A DNA stretch of 64,000 nucleotides. It comes from a virus. Below the pieces are notes generated by a model. It saw only the letters and a list, made by a program, of their open reading frames with translations. It had not been told where the DNA came from and ran no database searches. The translations under genes and the position numbers were made by a program. The stretch covers positions 1-64,000 of IMG/VR virus record IMGVR_UViG_3300046000_003154, one strand, 5' to 3'. Within the stretch, counting starts at the first letter, position 1, and every line of letters starts with the position of its first letter. Positions 18,821 through 27,212 of this stretch are shown in pieces.

Positions 18821-19114
18821 ATGCGTTATATTGTTGAATCCATTTCTACGTTCCATGAAATGCACGTAGTCGAAGCAGATTCTAAAGAAGATGCAAAGTT
18901 AGTAGCTGAAAATGCTGATTGGAATTCATCTGTTCATGTTGGTGTTCAGGTTCTTGGTGTTTATGCTGCAAATGAACATGATAAAGCTAGAATGAAAGCA
19001 AAGGATGATTATTTCTTTGAGGGATATTCTCATATTAATAAAGAGGGTGTACTAGCATATCATCATGAGAATGGTCTTGTTAATGATAATATGCCAATCC
19101 AAAAGGTTTTATAA
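18821..19114 (+). CDS. hypothetical protein
   Basis: 97-aa ORF. Confidence 0.4.
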   Translation: MRYIVESISTFHEMHVVEADSKEDAKLVAENADWNSSVHVGVQVLGVYAANEHDKARMKAKDDYFFEGYSHINKEGVLAYHHENGLVNDNMPIQKVL

Positions 19115-19842
19115 TGGAAGCGTTGGTTATTTGTTCTCGTGATAGTAATAAGTCTCTGGATGTTCTTATGGCATCCTTAGAGGCTTATGATTTCCCTGTT
19201 CCTGTGTATATTTCTGGAGTTCATAAAGAAAATACAAATTATACAGAGAATACTGCGACTAATTTTGGTGATGCTTATAATTATGCAGTCACAGAGGCTT
19301 TTAAAGATGGTTATAATTCTATTTTAATGGCTAATGATGATGTGGTAATTCGTCCAGACACCTATGAGTTAATGTTAGAGGATTGGAATAAGCTTCAAGG
19401 TATGGGTCAGAAAATTGGATTTCTTGGTGCTAGGTCTGATTGGGTATTGAATACACAAAATATTCGATACCCCTTTGATAATAATGACTATATTATTAAC
19501 CATAGATTCATTTCGGAGACATATATCAAAGAGGTTATTGAAATTGCTCCGATATTTGCTGCGATTTCTCGTGAGGCATGGGAAGAAGAACAATTTCCAC
19601 CTTTAGATTGGTATTCTGATAATGTTATATGTTATAATCTAGCAAAAAAGGGATATCATCATTTTACTAGTCGAGGTTATGTTCATCATATTGGTGCTCA
19701 TTCAGTTGATTTGAATCCTAAATTACAGATGGATAAGGCAGAAAGTTGGATGAAAGCTAATGCACCAGAACTTTATCAACACTATTATATTGATGAACCA
19801 AAACAAAATGAAGAAATGAAGAAAAAACTTGGAATTATTTGA
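19114..19842 (+). CDS. putative glycosyltransferase-like protein
   Basis: ILMANDDVVIRPDTYELM (DxD-like). Confidence 0.3.
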   Translation: MEALVICSRDSNKSLDVLMASLEAYDFPVPVYISGVHKENTNYTENTATNFGDAYNYAVTEAFKDGYNSILMANDDVVIRPDTYELMLEDWNKLQGMGQKIGFLGARSDWVLNTQNIRYPFDNNDYIINHRFISETYIKEVIEIAPIFAAISREAWEEEQFPPLDWYSDNVICYNLAKKGYHHFTSRGYVHHIGAHSVDLNPKLQMDKAESWMKANAPELYQHYYIDEPKQNEEMKKKLGII

Positions 19843-20019
19843 AATTTGACGAAAAAAAATACTAAATACTATTATGAATAAAATAAACAAACTCTTTAAA
19901 GCGATTACTATGTCCACATCACAGTGGCATGGATCATATCGCCCAGAGAATTGCGATAGTATCCAAGGGGTTTGTGAGGCGTGTAGAGACTAATCTTAGT
20001 ACAACACCAAAACACCAAA

Positions 20020-20048
20020 CCCCTAGACCTAAAATCTAGGGGTTTTTT
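20020..20048 (+). terminator. rho-independent terminator
   Basis: cccctaga-cctaaaa-tctagggg + TTTTTT; near-identical design to 23168. Confidence 0.6.
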
Positions 20049-20357
20049 CATTGTTCTTTAAAAATTTAAGTCTAATAATTCTTTGACGTTGAGTTCATAA
20101 CTCCACCTGTCGGGATGACATTGTGTGTCAAAGAATTTTACTATAATATATTCACAATAGTGTGTTATAGTAAGATTGGGATATAGTGTAATAGATAGCA
20201 CAACAGACTTTGACTCTGTTAGTTTGGGTTTGAACCCCGATATCCCTGCCAGTAATTTTGGAAGATGAAGGAGCAAGGTGCTTCAACTGTTTTGAAAGCA
20301 GATTGTGTCAGAAATGGCATGGATTTCGAGTATACCCGTCTTCCTCCAAAAAATATG

Positions 20358-20442
20358 GATAGTTGCCTGAGTGGTTAAAGGAGCAATTTGCTAAATTGTC
20401 GGTGAGAAATCGCCGCATTGGTTCGAATCCAATACTATCCTC
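20358..20442 (+). tRNA. tRNA-Ser (GCU), class II long variable arm, CCA encoded
   Basis: hand-folded: acceptor ggatagt/actatcc, anticodon loop ttGCTaa, T-loop ggttcgaatcc. Confidence 0.6.
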
Positions 20443-20451
20443 CAAAATATG

Positions 20452-20526
20452 TGCGTGTGACCGAGTGATCCAAGGTAGCTGTCTGCAAAACAGTAAAATC
20501 GTCAGTTTGAATCTGACCATGCACTC
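20452..20526 (+). tRNA. tRNA-Cys (GCA)
   Basis: hand-folded: acceptor gtgcgtg/catgcac, anticodon loop ctGCAaa, T arm gtcag-tttgaat-ctgac, CCA encoded. Confidence 0.5.
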
Positions 20527-20535
20527 CAAAGATAT

Positions 20536-20543
20536 ATAAATAG
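20536..20543 (+). promoter_or_regulatory. T4-type late promoter TATAAATA
   Basis: exact TATAAATA 33 nt upstream of ATG 20576. Confidence 0.45.
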
Positions 20544-20575
20544 ATTATAAACACTATTTACAAGGAAATTTTAGA

Positions 20576-22408
20576 ATGTTAAATTTTAAACAATTTATTA
20601 ATGAATCTGATAAACACGATGATCAAAACGATGAAGTCGAATATGAAGGTTTGGATGAATTATTATCACATCATTTTTATAATAATGATGTGCCACCTGA
20701 AATTGAGAAACATATATTGTCACACAAACCTTTAAATGAAGAAGAGGAAACAGATACTGATAAATTTGTTCATGGAGAGGTAAAAAAAGCTTTAAAAAGA
20801 CATAAAGAAGTTTACGGAAAAGATATTGGAGAACCAGTTAAACCAGAAGATGCTCCAGAGATTGGTAGAAAAGCTGTGGAAGAACATTTTAATAAATCTC
20901 CAGAAGAACAACATGCATCATTAAAATTAGCTGCTAAAAGAATTGGTCATGTTGCTTATGGTGATAAGAATATAAACCCAAAAACTTTAGCTAAAAGAAT
21001 ATCTAGTGGAAATAGAAAAACTGATACTGTTATTAATAATAAATTAGTAAAATATAAAGGGAAATTAACTTCTGCTGTTTCTAGTTATGGTGGTGCTGCT
21101 GGAAATTATGAACATCATCATTCCGGTGAAAATGATGATGTTAAACACACAAAAGTAACAACATGTGAACATGCAACTTCTGGGTGTATGTCAGGTGGAA
21201 AAATTAACACAACAGATAATAAAGGAGCAGAAAAAGCCATTAAAGTTGGTGCTTCTTGTTTAGCTAAAAGTGGTGCTTATAATTTTCCCGGAGTTAGAAA
21301 AAAAGTTCAAATAAATTCTCATATTAGAAGTGGACATGATACTATAAAAGATCATGCTATATTAGTTGCACATCATTTACAAAATGAAGCGAAAGATGCA
21401 GAAAAAAAAGATACTGTTCATTCTGTTAGAGGACAAACAACAGACGAAAGAGGAAAAGATATTAGTGCTATAGCTAACGAAACTGCTAAACATGATCCAT
21501 CAGTTAAAAAAAATACTGTTTTGTTTGGTTATACAAAATCGCCAAAAGAAGCATTAGATGCGTCTAGAAAAACAAAAAAAGGTGATGGTGTTCCAGAAGT
21601 TATAGCACATAGTCATCCCGGTCCAGCAGTCTATAGAGATGGAAATGGAAAAGCCCAATTAAACGTTAAAACTATTCAAAGATTAAAAGGTCTTAGACAT
21701 GCCCATGAAACAGCAAAAAAAGAAGGTCTTCATATAAATGATTATGTTGTTGCTGGTGGTAAATCACTTGATGAAAACGGAAATGGAATTGATGGTAGTG
21801 TATATTCACAACTAAGAACACCCGGAAAGAAAGCAACAGCAGAGAAAAAAGCTTCCCATGCTGTTGAAAAAGCTAGATTTAATAGGGTTGATGGATCAAT
21901 TAAAAAGGTTAGATATTGGGATTTACATCACAGTGGTGAATTGAAACCCGGAGAAAAGCCTGACCATCATGATGAAAAAACTGGAACTGGGCATACAACT
22001 GTTGTTCAGGATGGAAAACAATTAAAAATTGGATATCATGATAGAGATGCTAATGTTGGCGATACAGATTCTGGTCATACAACATATGCAGAAAGACATG
22101 ATGGTAGATATGCTGATGGAGAAAATAAGAAATCTTCGTCACACGTAACTGCTAGTGTCTCTTCTGGGTCTAATATTGCTAAATCTGGAGCGTTTAAAAA
22201 TGCATTAACACATCAAATGGAAGAACATTTTGATATGCATGGTGATAAGAAAAGACATAGTGCTCCCGGAACACTTCATGAAGCACATCCCGATATGATG
22301 AAAGAAGCTGGTCATAAATACGAAGATAAAGATACTACATATAAAAATCATGTAGATGGTGAAGACACAACACCAAAACGTAAAGTTATACCAATCAAAG
22401 CACAATAA
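20576..22408 (+). CDS. large His/Lys-rich putative internal head protein (CTS family)
   Basis: N-terminus MLNFKQFINESDK matches the CTS consensus of the 11727-14110 operon. Confidence 0.5.
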   Translation: MLNFKQFINESDKHDDQNDEVEYEGLDELLSHHFYNNDVPPEIEKHILSHKPLNEEEETDTDKFVHGEVKKALKRHKEVYGKDIGEPVKPEDAPEIGRKAVEEHFNKSPEEQHASLKLAAKRIGHVAYGDKNINPKTLAKRISSGNRKTDTVINNKLVKYKGKLTSAVSSYGGAAGNYEHHHSGENDDVKHTKVTTCEHATSGCMSGGKINTTDNKGAEKAIKVGASCLAKSGAYNFPGVRKKVQINSHIRSGHDTIKDHAILVAHHLQNEAKDAEKKDTVHSVRGQTTDERGKDISAIANETAKHDPSVKKNTVLFGYTKSPKEALDASRKTKKGDGVPEVIAHSHPGPAVYRDGNGKAQLNVKTIQRLKGLRHAHETAKKEGLHINDYVVAGGKSLDENGNGIDGSVYSQLRTPGKKATAEKKASHAVEKARFNRVDGSIKKVRYWDLHHSGELKPGEKPDHHDEKTGTGHTTVVQDGKQLKIGYHDRDANVGDTDSGHTTYAERHDGRYADGENKKSSSHVTASVSSGSNIAKSGAFKNALTHQMEEHFDMHGDKKRHSAPGTLHEAHPDMMKEAGHKYEDKDTTYKNHVDGEDTTPKRKVIPIKAQ

Positions 22409-22419
22409 GGAACAATAAA

Positions 22420-23136
22420 ATGCAACAAAACTTAACAGAAGAACAAATCCAAGAAAAGGAAGAGTTGTTCTTTACGATTCTTGAACAATTCATTGATGAC
22501 AATTTTGAAGTAGATCCAGACTATGAAATGACAGAAGATGATGCTTATATTCTATCTATTGTTAAAGAACATTTTGACGAAAACTTTAGATTCCCAACAT
22601 TACAAGAGTCTGCTTTAGAAGCAATTACTGGTTGGGATGTTAACGAAGCTTTATACGAAGAAATGGCTTTAGCTATTCTTGACGAAACTGTAGGTACATT
22701 TATCGCTGGTGCTCGACACGGTATTTCTCACTTCTTAGCAAAACGTAAAGAAGCTGGTGCTACTAAGTCATATGATAAGGCTCATGCTGCTAATAAAGTT
22801 GCTAAAACAGTTGCCTCTGATACAACTAAAGCACATAAGACTGCTGTAAAACAAAAAACTTATGGTGGTGGCGCTACTGGTGCTTTTAAATCTGCCGTTG
22901 CTGGTGGTAAAGTACAAGCTAAACAAAATAAAGCAGTAAAAGCAACAGCAGTTCTAGCGAAGACTAAAGATAAGTTTCATGCAGCTAGTAATAAAAAAGC
23001 TGAAGTTGGCGCAAAGAGAACTGGTTTAGCGAATAAGATTGATACAGGTATTGCGAACGTCAAGAATCGTGTCAAGTCTGCTATAACCACTGGCGCACAA
23101 AGAATTGGTGGATTTTTGGGTAGGGCAATGGGGTAA
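22420..23136 (+). CDS. acidic-N / Ala-Lys-rich-C protein
   Basis: 238-aa ORF; C-terminal AK-rich low-complexity region. Confidence 0.4.
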   Translation: MQQNLTEEQIQEKEELFFTILEQFIDDNFEVDPDYEMTEDDAYILSIVKEHFDENFRFPTLQESALEAITGWDVNEALYEEMALAILDETVGTFIAGARHGISHFLAKRKEAGATKSYDKAHAANKVAKTVASDTTKAHKTAVKQKTYGGGATGAFKSAVAGGKVQAKQNKAVKATAVLAKTKDKFHAASNKKAEVGAKRTGLANKIDTGIANVKNRVKSAITTGAQRIGGFLGRAMG

Positions 23137-23167
23137 TATAAAAGTATTTTAAAATACTAAAATAAAA

Positions 23168-23197
23168 CCCCAAGACCTAAAAATCTTGGGGTTTTGT
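23168..23197 (+). terminator. rho-independent terminator
   Basis: ccccaaga-cctaaaaa-tcttgggg + TTTTGTCATTTT. Confidence 0.55.
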
Positions 23198-23208
23198 CAT
23201 TTTGGGTG

Positions 23209-23237
23209 TTGACAAAGGGTTTAAAAACTCATACAAT
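23209..23237 (+). promoter_or_regulatory. sigma70-like promoter for tRNA cluster (TTGACA-N17-TACAAT)
   Basis: TTGACA 23209-23214, TACAAT 23232-23237. Confidence 0.5.
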
Positions 23238-23303
23238 ACACTCATGCGATAACAAATGATTCAGTTAGTTATCAAAAGTTCATTAAAAATATAATTGAGA
23301 TTT

Positions 23304-23375
23304 ATCCGGTGAGACTGCTGGTGTGGTCAGTTGCCTTTCAAGCAACCTAGAGGGGATCGTAACCCCTACCGGATA
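23304..23375 (+). tRNA. tRNA-Glu (UUC)
   Basis: hand-folded cloverleaf: acceptor atccggt/accggat, anticodon stem gttgc/gcaac, loop ctTTCaa, CCA encoded. Confidence 0.6.
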
Positions 23376-23657
23376 CCATAATTAAACATTGGTGTAAATG
23401 TGCATACTTGGTATAGGTCTAGAACTATATGTAAACAAGAGGAACACTCGGCTCAGAAAGGCAGATGAGAGTATGTTTAATTATGGTATAAGGTGATTCA
23501 TCCCACCAGTTATTCAAAGGCATGGAGTAATTCCCAGAAGTATGAATAACGTTGAGAGATAATATTACTCAATGAATAATCTGGAGGATGGTCGGTTCGA
23601 TTTCCGACACCAGAGATATGAAATTTCCCCTTACGAAGTTTCATATTGATAAATTTT

Positions 23658-23728
23658 GGGATCGTAATTCAATGATAGAATAGTCGGCTTTTAACCGATT
23701 TACGAGAGTTTGATTCTCTCCGGTCCTA
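23658..23728 (+). tRNA. tRNA-Lys (UUU)
   Basis: hand-folded: loop ctTTTaa, T arm gagag-tttgatt-ctctc, CCA encoded; acceptor has two G-U pairs. Confidence 0.5.
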
Positions 23729-23738
23729 CCAGAATTGT

Positions 23739-23810
23739 GGGTTAGTAGCTTAATGGTAAAGCAGTGAACTCATAATTCATTGAGTGTAGGTTCAATTCCT
23801 ACCTAACCCA
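23739..23810 (+). tRNA. tRNA-Met/Ile2-type (CAU)
   Basis: acceptor gggttag/ctaaccc, loop ctCATaa, T-loop ggttcaattcc, CCA encoded. Confidence 0.65.
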
Positions 23811-24080
23811 CCATAAATCGGGTAACGTCATGTTATCTGTTAATCCTTAGAATAAGTCTAAGGCGTGTTAATCGGATAATCACCAGATTGTCTTTCGATA
23901 TCTACGTTAAAGATATGGCTAAAGATCGTAATGCTAAATATTTTGTAAGAAAAAGCTGACCCCTAGAAATAGGACAGGCATTGACTAGGTTACTAAGGTC
24001 GAGATATCTGTCTCTGAGACTCCGAATGTGGTAGAATTCCTAGCAAGTCATATAAGTCGCCCTGAGATATGACAACTATT

Positions 24081-24155
24081 TGGTCTTAAAGTGTTCATGG
24101 ACGCACACAACACTGTCAATGTTGAAGAGTGGGGATCGTTACCCCCTAAGACCGC
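24081..24155 (+). tRNA. tRNA-Asp (GUC), imperfect T stem
   Basis: acceptor tggtctt/aagaccg, anticodon stem caaca/tgttg, loop ctGTCaa. Confidence 0.4.
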
Positions 24156-24310
24156 CAATATATACTGCGGGTAGTGTAGCAACAGTTCTGTCTCATAAGC
24201 ACGAACCATCGGAGGTGCAAGTCCTTCACCCGCATCCATTTTAGGATTCATTCAGCACATAAATACGGCATTGTATAAAAGCGAATCCTGTTGATTAATA
24301 AAGGTATATT

Positions 24311-25165
24311 ATGACAATTTATGGAATGACAACATCAAGAGTTTCCCAAAGGTTTACTAAGTTAGCTATTGATTCTTTTTTTGAGAATACTAAATTTAAA
24401 CCCAAAGATCTTTTCATATTAGTTGACAATGATAATTCAATTGATTTTAAATTGGATAATAGAGTATTACATATTAGAAATGACACCCCACAGTATTTTG
24501 CTGTTAATGCTAATAAAGTGTTAAAGTTTGCTATAGAGAATAAAGCAGATTTAGTGTTGATGAATAATGATATAGTTCTAACCCCTAATTGGTTGGACGC
24601 ATTAGAGAAGTATGACAACAAGATTACAGTCCCTAGTTGTAATGAGCATATCGAAATGAGTCTTGGTGGACTTACTTTGAAACCAGCAATGGAATTAGAT
24701 GAAGTGTTAAGTTATCGTAAAGAGTTGGATGAAATTTCGGATACTATTATAAGTTATCCAGAGAATAGAAATAAATTTGTATCTTTATTCAGAATGGGCT
24801 TGTATGTAATGAGGATTCCGTATACAATATCATCTATCGTAGGTTTAATGGATGAAGAGTATGGTCGTGGTGGTGGAGAGGACATTGATTACAGGATTAG
24901 AACTTGGAAAGCAGGTTTTGATACTTCTGTAGTTTTGGATTCTTTTATTATTCATTTTATGGGTAAATCAACATGGCGATCAGGAGAGTCTAGTTTTGAT
25001 ACTAGAAAGTGTGAAGAACAATATCAAAAACACTTCTTGGAAAAATGGGGCGAGAATATCACCAGAGTATTTTTAGAGGGTGATGTAGGAACCATGAGAA
25101 GATTTGGTGTTGAGAATTTGATGATGAATAGAGAGTATAAGAAAGTTTTAGATATTATTCCGTAG
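24311..25165 (+). CDS. putative glycosyltransferase-like protein
   Basis: 284-aa ORF; LVLMNNDIVLTPNWL (DxD-like). Confidence 0.3.
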   Translation: MTIYGMTTSRVSQRFTKLAIDSFFENTKFKPKDLFILVDNDNSIDFKLDNRVLHIRNDTPQYFAVNANKVLKFAIENKADLVLMNNDIVLTPNWLDALEKYDNKITVPSCNEHIEMSLGGLTLKPAMELDEVLSYRKELDEISDTIISYPENRNKFVSLFRMGLYVMRIPYTISSIVGLMDEEYGRGGGEDIDYRIRTWKAGFDTSVVLDSFIIHFMGKSTWRSGESSFDTRKCEEQYQKHFLEKWGENITRVFLEGDVGTMRRFGVENLMMNREYKKVLDIIP

Positions 25166-25234
25166 AATTCAAGCATGGTGCATGGACCTGACTGTTAATC
25201 AGAGATTAGCTGAGATCGTTACTCAGATACGGAG
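25159..25234 (+). tRNA. tRNA-Asn (GUU), overlaps the stop codon of the upstream CDS
   Basis: anticodon arm cctga-ctGTTaa-tcaga, T arm ctgag-atcgtta-ctcag, CCA encoded; acceptor has one mismatch. Confidence 0.4.
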
Positions 25235-25366
25235 CCAAATAGAATCAAGTGGAAAGCAAGAGCCACAAAGTAAATGCTGATCATCATGGCAATTCGGTGA
25301 TCTATGCAAAGCCATAGCATAGTGGCAGCGGGGTAAGAGTCCTAACTTAGAGTTGTCAGATATTTT

Positions 25367-25447
25367 GGGTGTATGTCCGAGAGGCCGAAGGAGTCTGACT
25401 GTAAATCAGATCGTAACAGCACGGTGGTTCGAATCCATCTGCACCCA
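25367..25447 (+). tRNA. tRNA-Tyr (GUA), long variable arm
   Basis: acceptor gggtgta/tgcaccc, loop ctGTAaa, T-loop ggttcgaatcc, CCA encoded. Confidence 0.65.
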
Positions 25448-25457
25448 CCAAGAATTA

Positions 25458-25529
25458 GGTGATATGACGTAGACGGATGCGTATTGGTTTCATAAGCCAA
25501 AGAGATTGGTTCGATACCAATTATCACCA
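25458..25529 (+). tRNA. tRNA-Met/Ile2-type (CAU), second copy
   Basis: acceptor ggtgata/tatcacc, loop ttCATaa, T-loop ggttcgatacc, CCA encoded. Confidence 0.65.
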
Positions 25530-25727
25530 CCAGTTACGCAGGATCAGTTCGAACGGAATTGATTTCATGAGTCAATTCATCCTGCGACCATTTATGGGAC
25601 TAAAAATATAATTCAGACATGAATTTACACAGCAATAAAAAAAGTCCCACCATTTTAGGATAGGTTCTGCAAAAAACTCAGCAAAACTTTTTGGTTGTCT
25701 TGCGACAAAAACTATCCTGTTGTATTC

Positions 25728-25798
25728 GCTCTTATAGTATATTGGTATTACAATTGCCTTGTAAGCATTTGAATGAGGTTCGATTCCTTGTTGGAGCA
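25728..25798 (+). tRNA. tRNA-Thr (UGU)
   Basis: acceptor gctctta/ttggagc (one mismatch), loop ctTGTaa, T-loop ggttcgattcc, CCA encoded. Confidence 0.45.
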
Positions 25799-25850
25799 CC
25801 AAAAAACTCTCCCTAACATATGGAGTATAATAGGATAAGTTATATGTTTT

Positions 25851-25931
25851 GCGAGTGTGGTGGAACGGTATACACACAAGACTTAAAATCTTGCGCCGAA
25901 AGGCTTGCGGGTTCGAATCCCGCCTCTCGCA
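25851..25931 (+). tRNA. tRNA-Leu (UAA), long variable arm
   Basis: anticodon arm caaga-ctTAAaa-tcttg, variable arm cgccgaaaggc, T arm gcggg-ttcgaat-cccgc, CCA encoded. Confidence 0.55.
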
Positions 25932-25936
25932 CCAAA

Positions 25937-26012
25937 GCATTTGTGGACAATTTGGTAAAGTCGCTTGTCTTAGAAACAAGAAATTCTGTGGGTTCGACTC
26001 CCACCAAATGCA
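25937..26012 (+). tRNA. tRNA with anticodon UAG (Leu by anticodon, but class-I length)
   Basis: acceptor gcatttg/caaatgc perfect, anticodon arm cttgt-ctTAGaa-acaag, T arm gtggg-ttcgact-cccac, only 7-nt variable region. Confidence 0.5.
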
Positions 26013-26023
26013 CCAGATAAATA

Positions 26024-26098
26024 CCGTGATTAGGCTAGTCTGATCAAGTCACTCGATTTGGGGTCGAGATATCGCAAGTTTGAATCTTGCATCACGGA
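26024..26098 (+). tRNA. tRNA-Pro (UGG)
   Basis: acceptor ccgtgat/atcacgg, anticodon arm ctcga-ttTGGgg-tcgag (G37), T arm gcaag-tttgaat-cttgc, CCA encoded. Confidence 0.6.
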
Positions 26099-26120
26099 CC
26101 ATTATTATTAAAAGGATGTT

Positions 26121-26474
26121 ATGAAAAAGGAATTCATATTCGACGCAAAGGTTATCAATGTAGTCGATGGAGATACTATTGATGTTGTAATTGATCTAGG
26201 ATTCTCTATGACAACCCAACAAAGACTTAGATTGTATGGGATTGATACTATGGAGACTAATTCTAAAGATCCATTATTAAAAGAAAATGGTTTATCTGCT
26301 AAGAAGTTTGTTAGTGATTCTGTGTTAAATCAAGATGTAACTATTCACACATTCAAACCAGATAAGTACGGAAGATATCTAGCAAACGTTTATTTTAAAG
26401 ATATGTTTGTTAATGAAGAATTGAAACGTAGAGGATTAGCTAAAGAATATTTTGGAGGATCAAAAAATGTCTGA
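26121..26474 (+). CDS. staphylococcal nuclease (SNase)-like thermonuclease
   Basis: VVDGDTIDV ... RLYGIDTMET matches the SNase DGDT / R-GIDAPE motifs. Confidence 0.6.
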   Translation: MKKEFIFDAKVINVVDGDTIDVVIDLGFSMTTQQRLRLYGIDTMETNSKDPLLKENGLSAKKFVSDSVLNQDVTIHTFKPDKYGRYLANVYFKDMFVNEELKRRGLAKEYFGGSKNV

Positions 26475-26643
26475 CGGTGGAAAAGGTAGTAAAGCAAGAC
26501 CATATAGCGTAACACATGATGAATATAGTAATCGTTGGGATATGATTTTTGGTCGAGATTTAAACAAAGAAGAAGTTAAAGAAGAAAATAAAAAACAAGA
26601 AGAAACTGTAGAAGTAATCGGTAGACTTCTTGTAGATCAATAA
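26467..26643 (+). CDS. small basic/acidic protein
   Basis: ORF trimmed to ATG 26467 adjacent to the upstream stop. Confidence 0.3.
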   Translation: MSDGGKGSKARPYSVTHDEYSNRWDMIFGRDLNKEEVKEENKKQEETVEVIGRLLVDQ

Positions 26644-26644
26644 T

Positions 26645-26717
26645 GGGCTGATAGTGATATTGGGATACACGAGGCACTTGCAATGCTTAGATGGGAGTTC
26701 GATCCTCCCTCGGTCCA
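26645..26717 (+). tRNA. tRNA-Ala (UGC)
   Basis: acceptor gggctga/tcggtcc (G3-U70 wobble present), anticodon arm aggca-ctTGCaa-tgctt, T arm gggag-ttcgatc-ctccc, CCA encoded. Confidence 0.55.
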
Positions 26718-26934
26718 CCATTAAGGAAACATATGAACGAACCAGAAGTCCCTCAAAAAACTTATGAGATAAAACTTAGAATTTTGGGAAATGAAGTCTT
26801 TGCAATTTCATTATCGTCTTCAAATGATGATAAATGGACAGCAATAGGACTTTTCACAGTGTTTTCTATACTTACCGTTATCGGAGCGTATGGAGATAAG
26901 ATTGTGAGTTTGTTTAAAATGTTAGTAGGTTAAT

Positions 26935-27008
26935 ACGTTGGTAGCATAACTGAATAATGCCCTAGACTACGAATCTAGAAGATTGGAGTTTGAATCCCCA
27001 CTAACGTA
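26935..27008 (+). tRNA. tRNA-Arg (ACG)
   Basis: D stem gcat/atgc, anticodon arm ctaga-ctACGaa-tctag, CCA encoded. Confidence 0.6.
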
Positions 27009-27016
27009 CCAAGAAT

Positions 27017-27088
27017 GGCTAGGGAGCATATTGAACATGCAATCGACTGATAATCGATAGATAATAGGTTTAATTCCTATACTAGCTA
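27017..27088 (+). tRNA. tRNA-Ile (GAU)
   Basis: D stem gcat/atgc, anticodon arm atcga-ctGATaa-tcgat, T arm atagg-tttaatt-cctat, CCA encoded. Confidence 0.6.
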
Positions 27089-27097
27089 CCAAAATTT

Positions 27098-27169
27098 GTA
27101 TCGTTAGTGTAAATGGCAACACACCAATCTCCAAAATTGGAATAGAGGATTCGAGTTCTTCACGGTACG
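27098..27169 (+). tRNA. tRNA-Trp (CCA)
   Basis: acceptor gtatcgt/acggtac, D stem gtgt/acac, anticodon arm ccaat-ctCCAaa-attgg. Confidence 0.6.
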
Positions 27170-27212
27170 CCCTAGAGTCAATGTCAAGACTCGAACTATT
27201 ATATATAGAAAT

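Noticed and set aside
20257-20345. tRNA-like sequence ggaagatgaagg...gtcttcctcca
   Set aside because: Acceptor stem and CCA are present but no canonical anticodon or T arm could be folded; left uncalled (possible pseudo-tRNA or non-tRNA stable RNA).
24048-24251. minus-strand ORFs overlapping the tRNA clusters (24048-24251, 25342-25530, 25572-25979, 26967-27287, 25820-26043)
   Set aside because: They run antisense across well-folded tRNA genes and have no RBS or coding character; treated as spurious.
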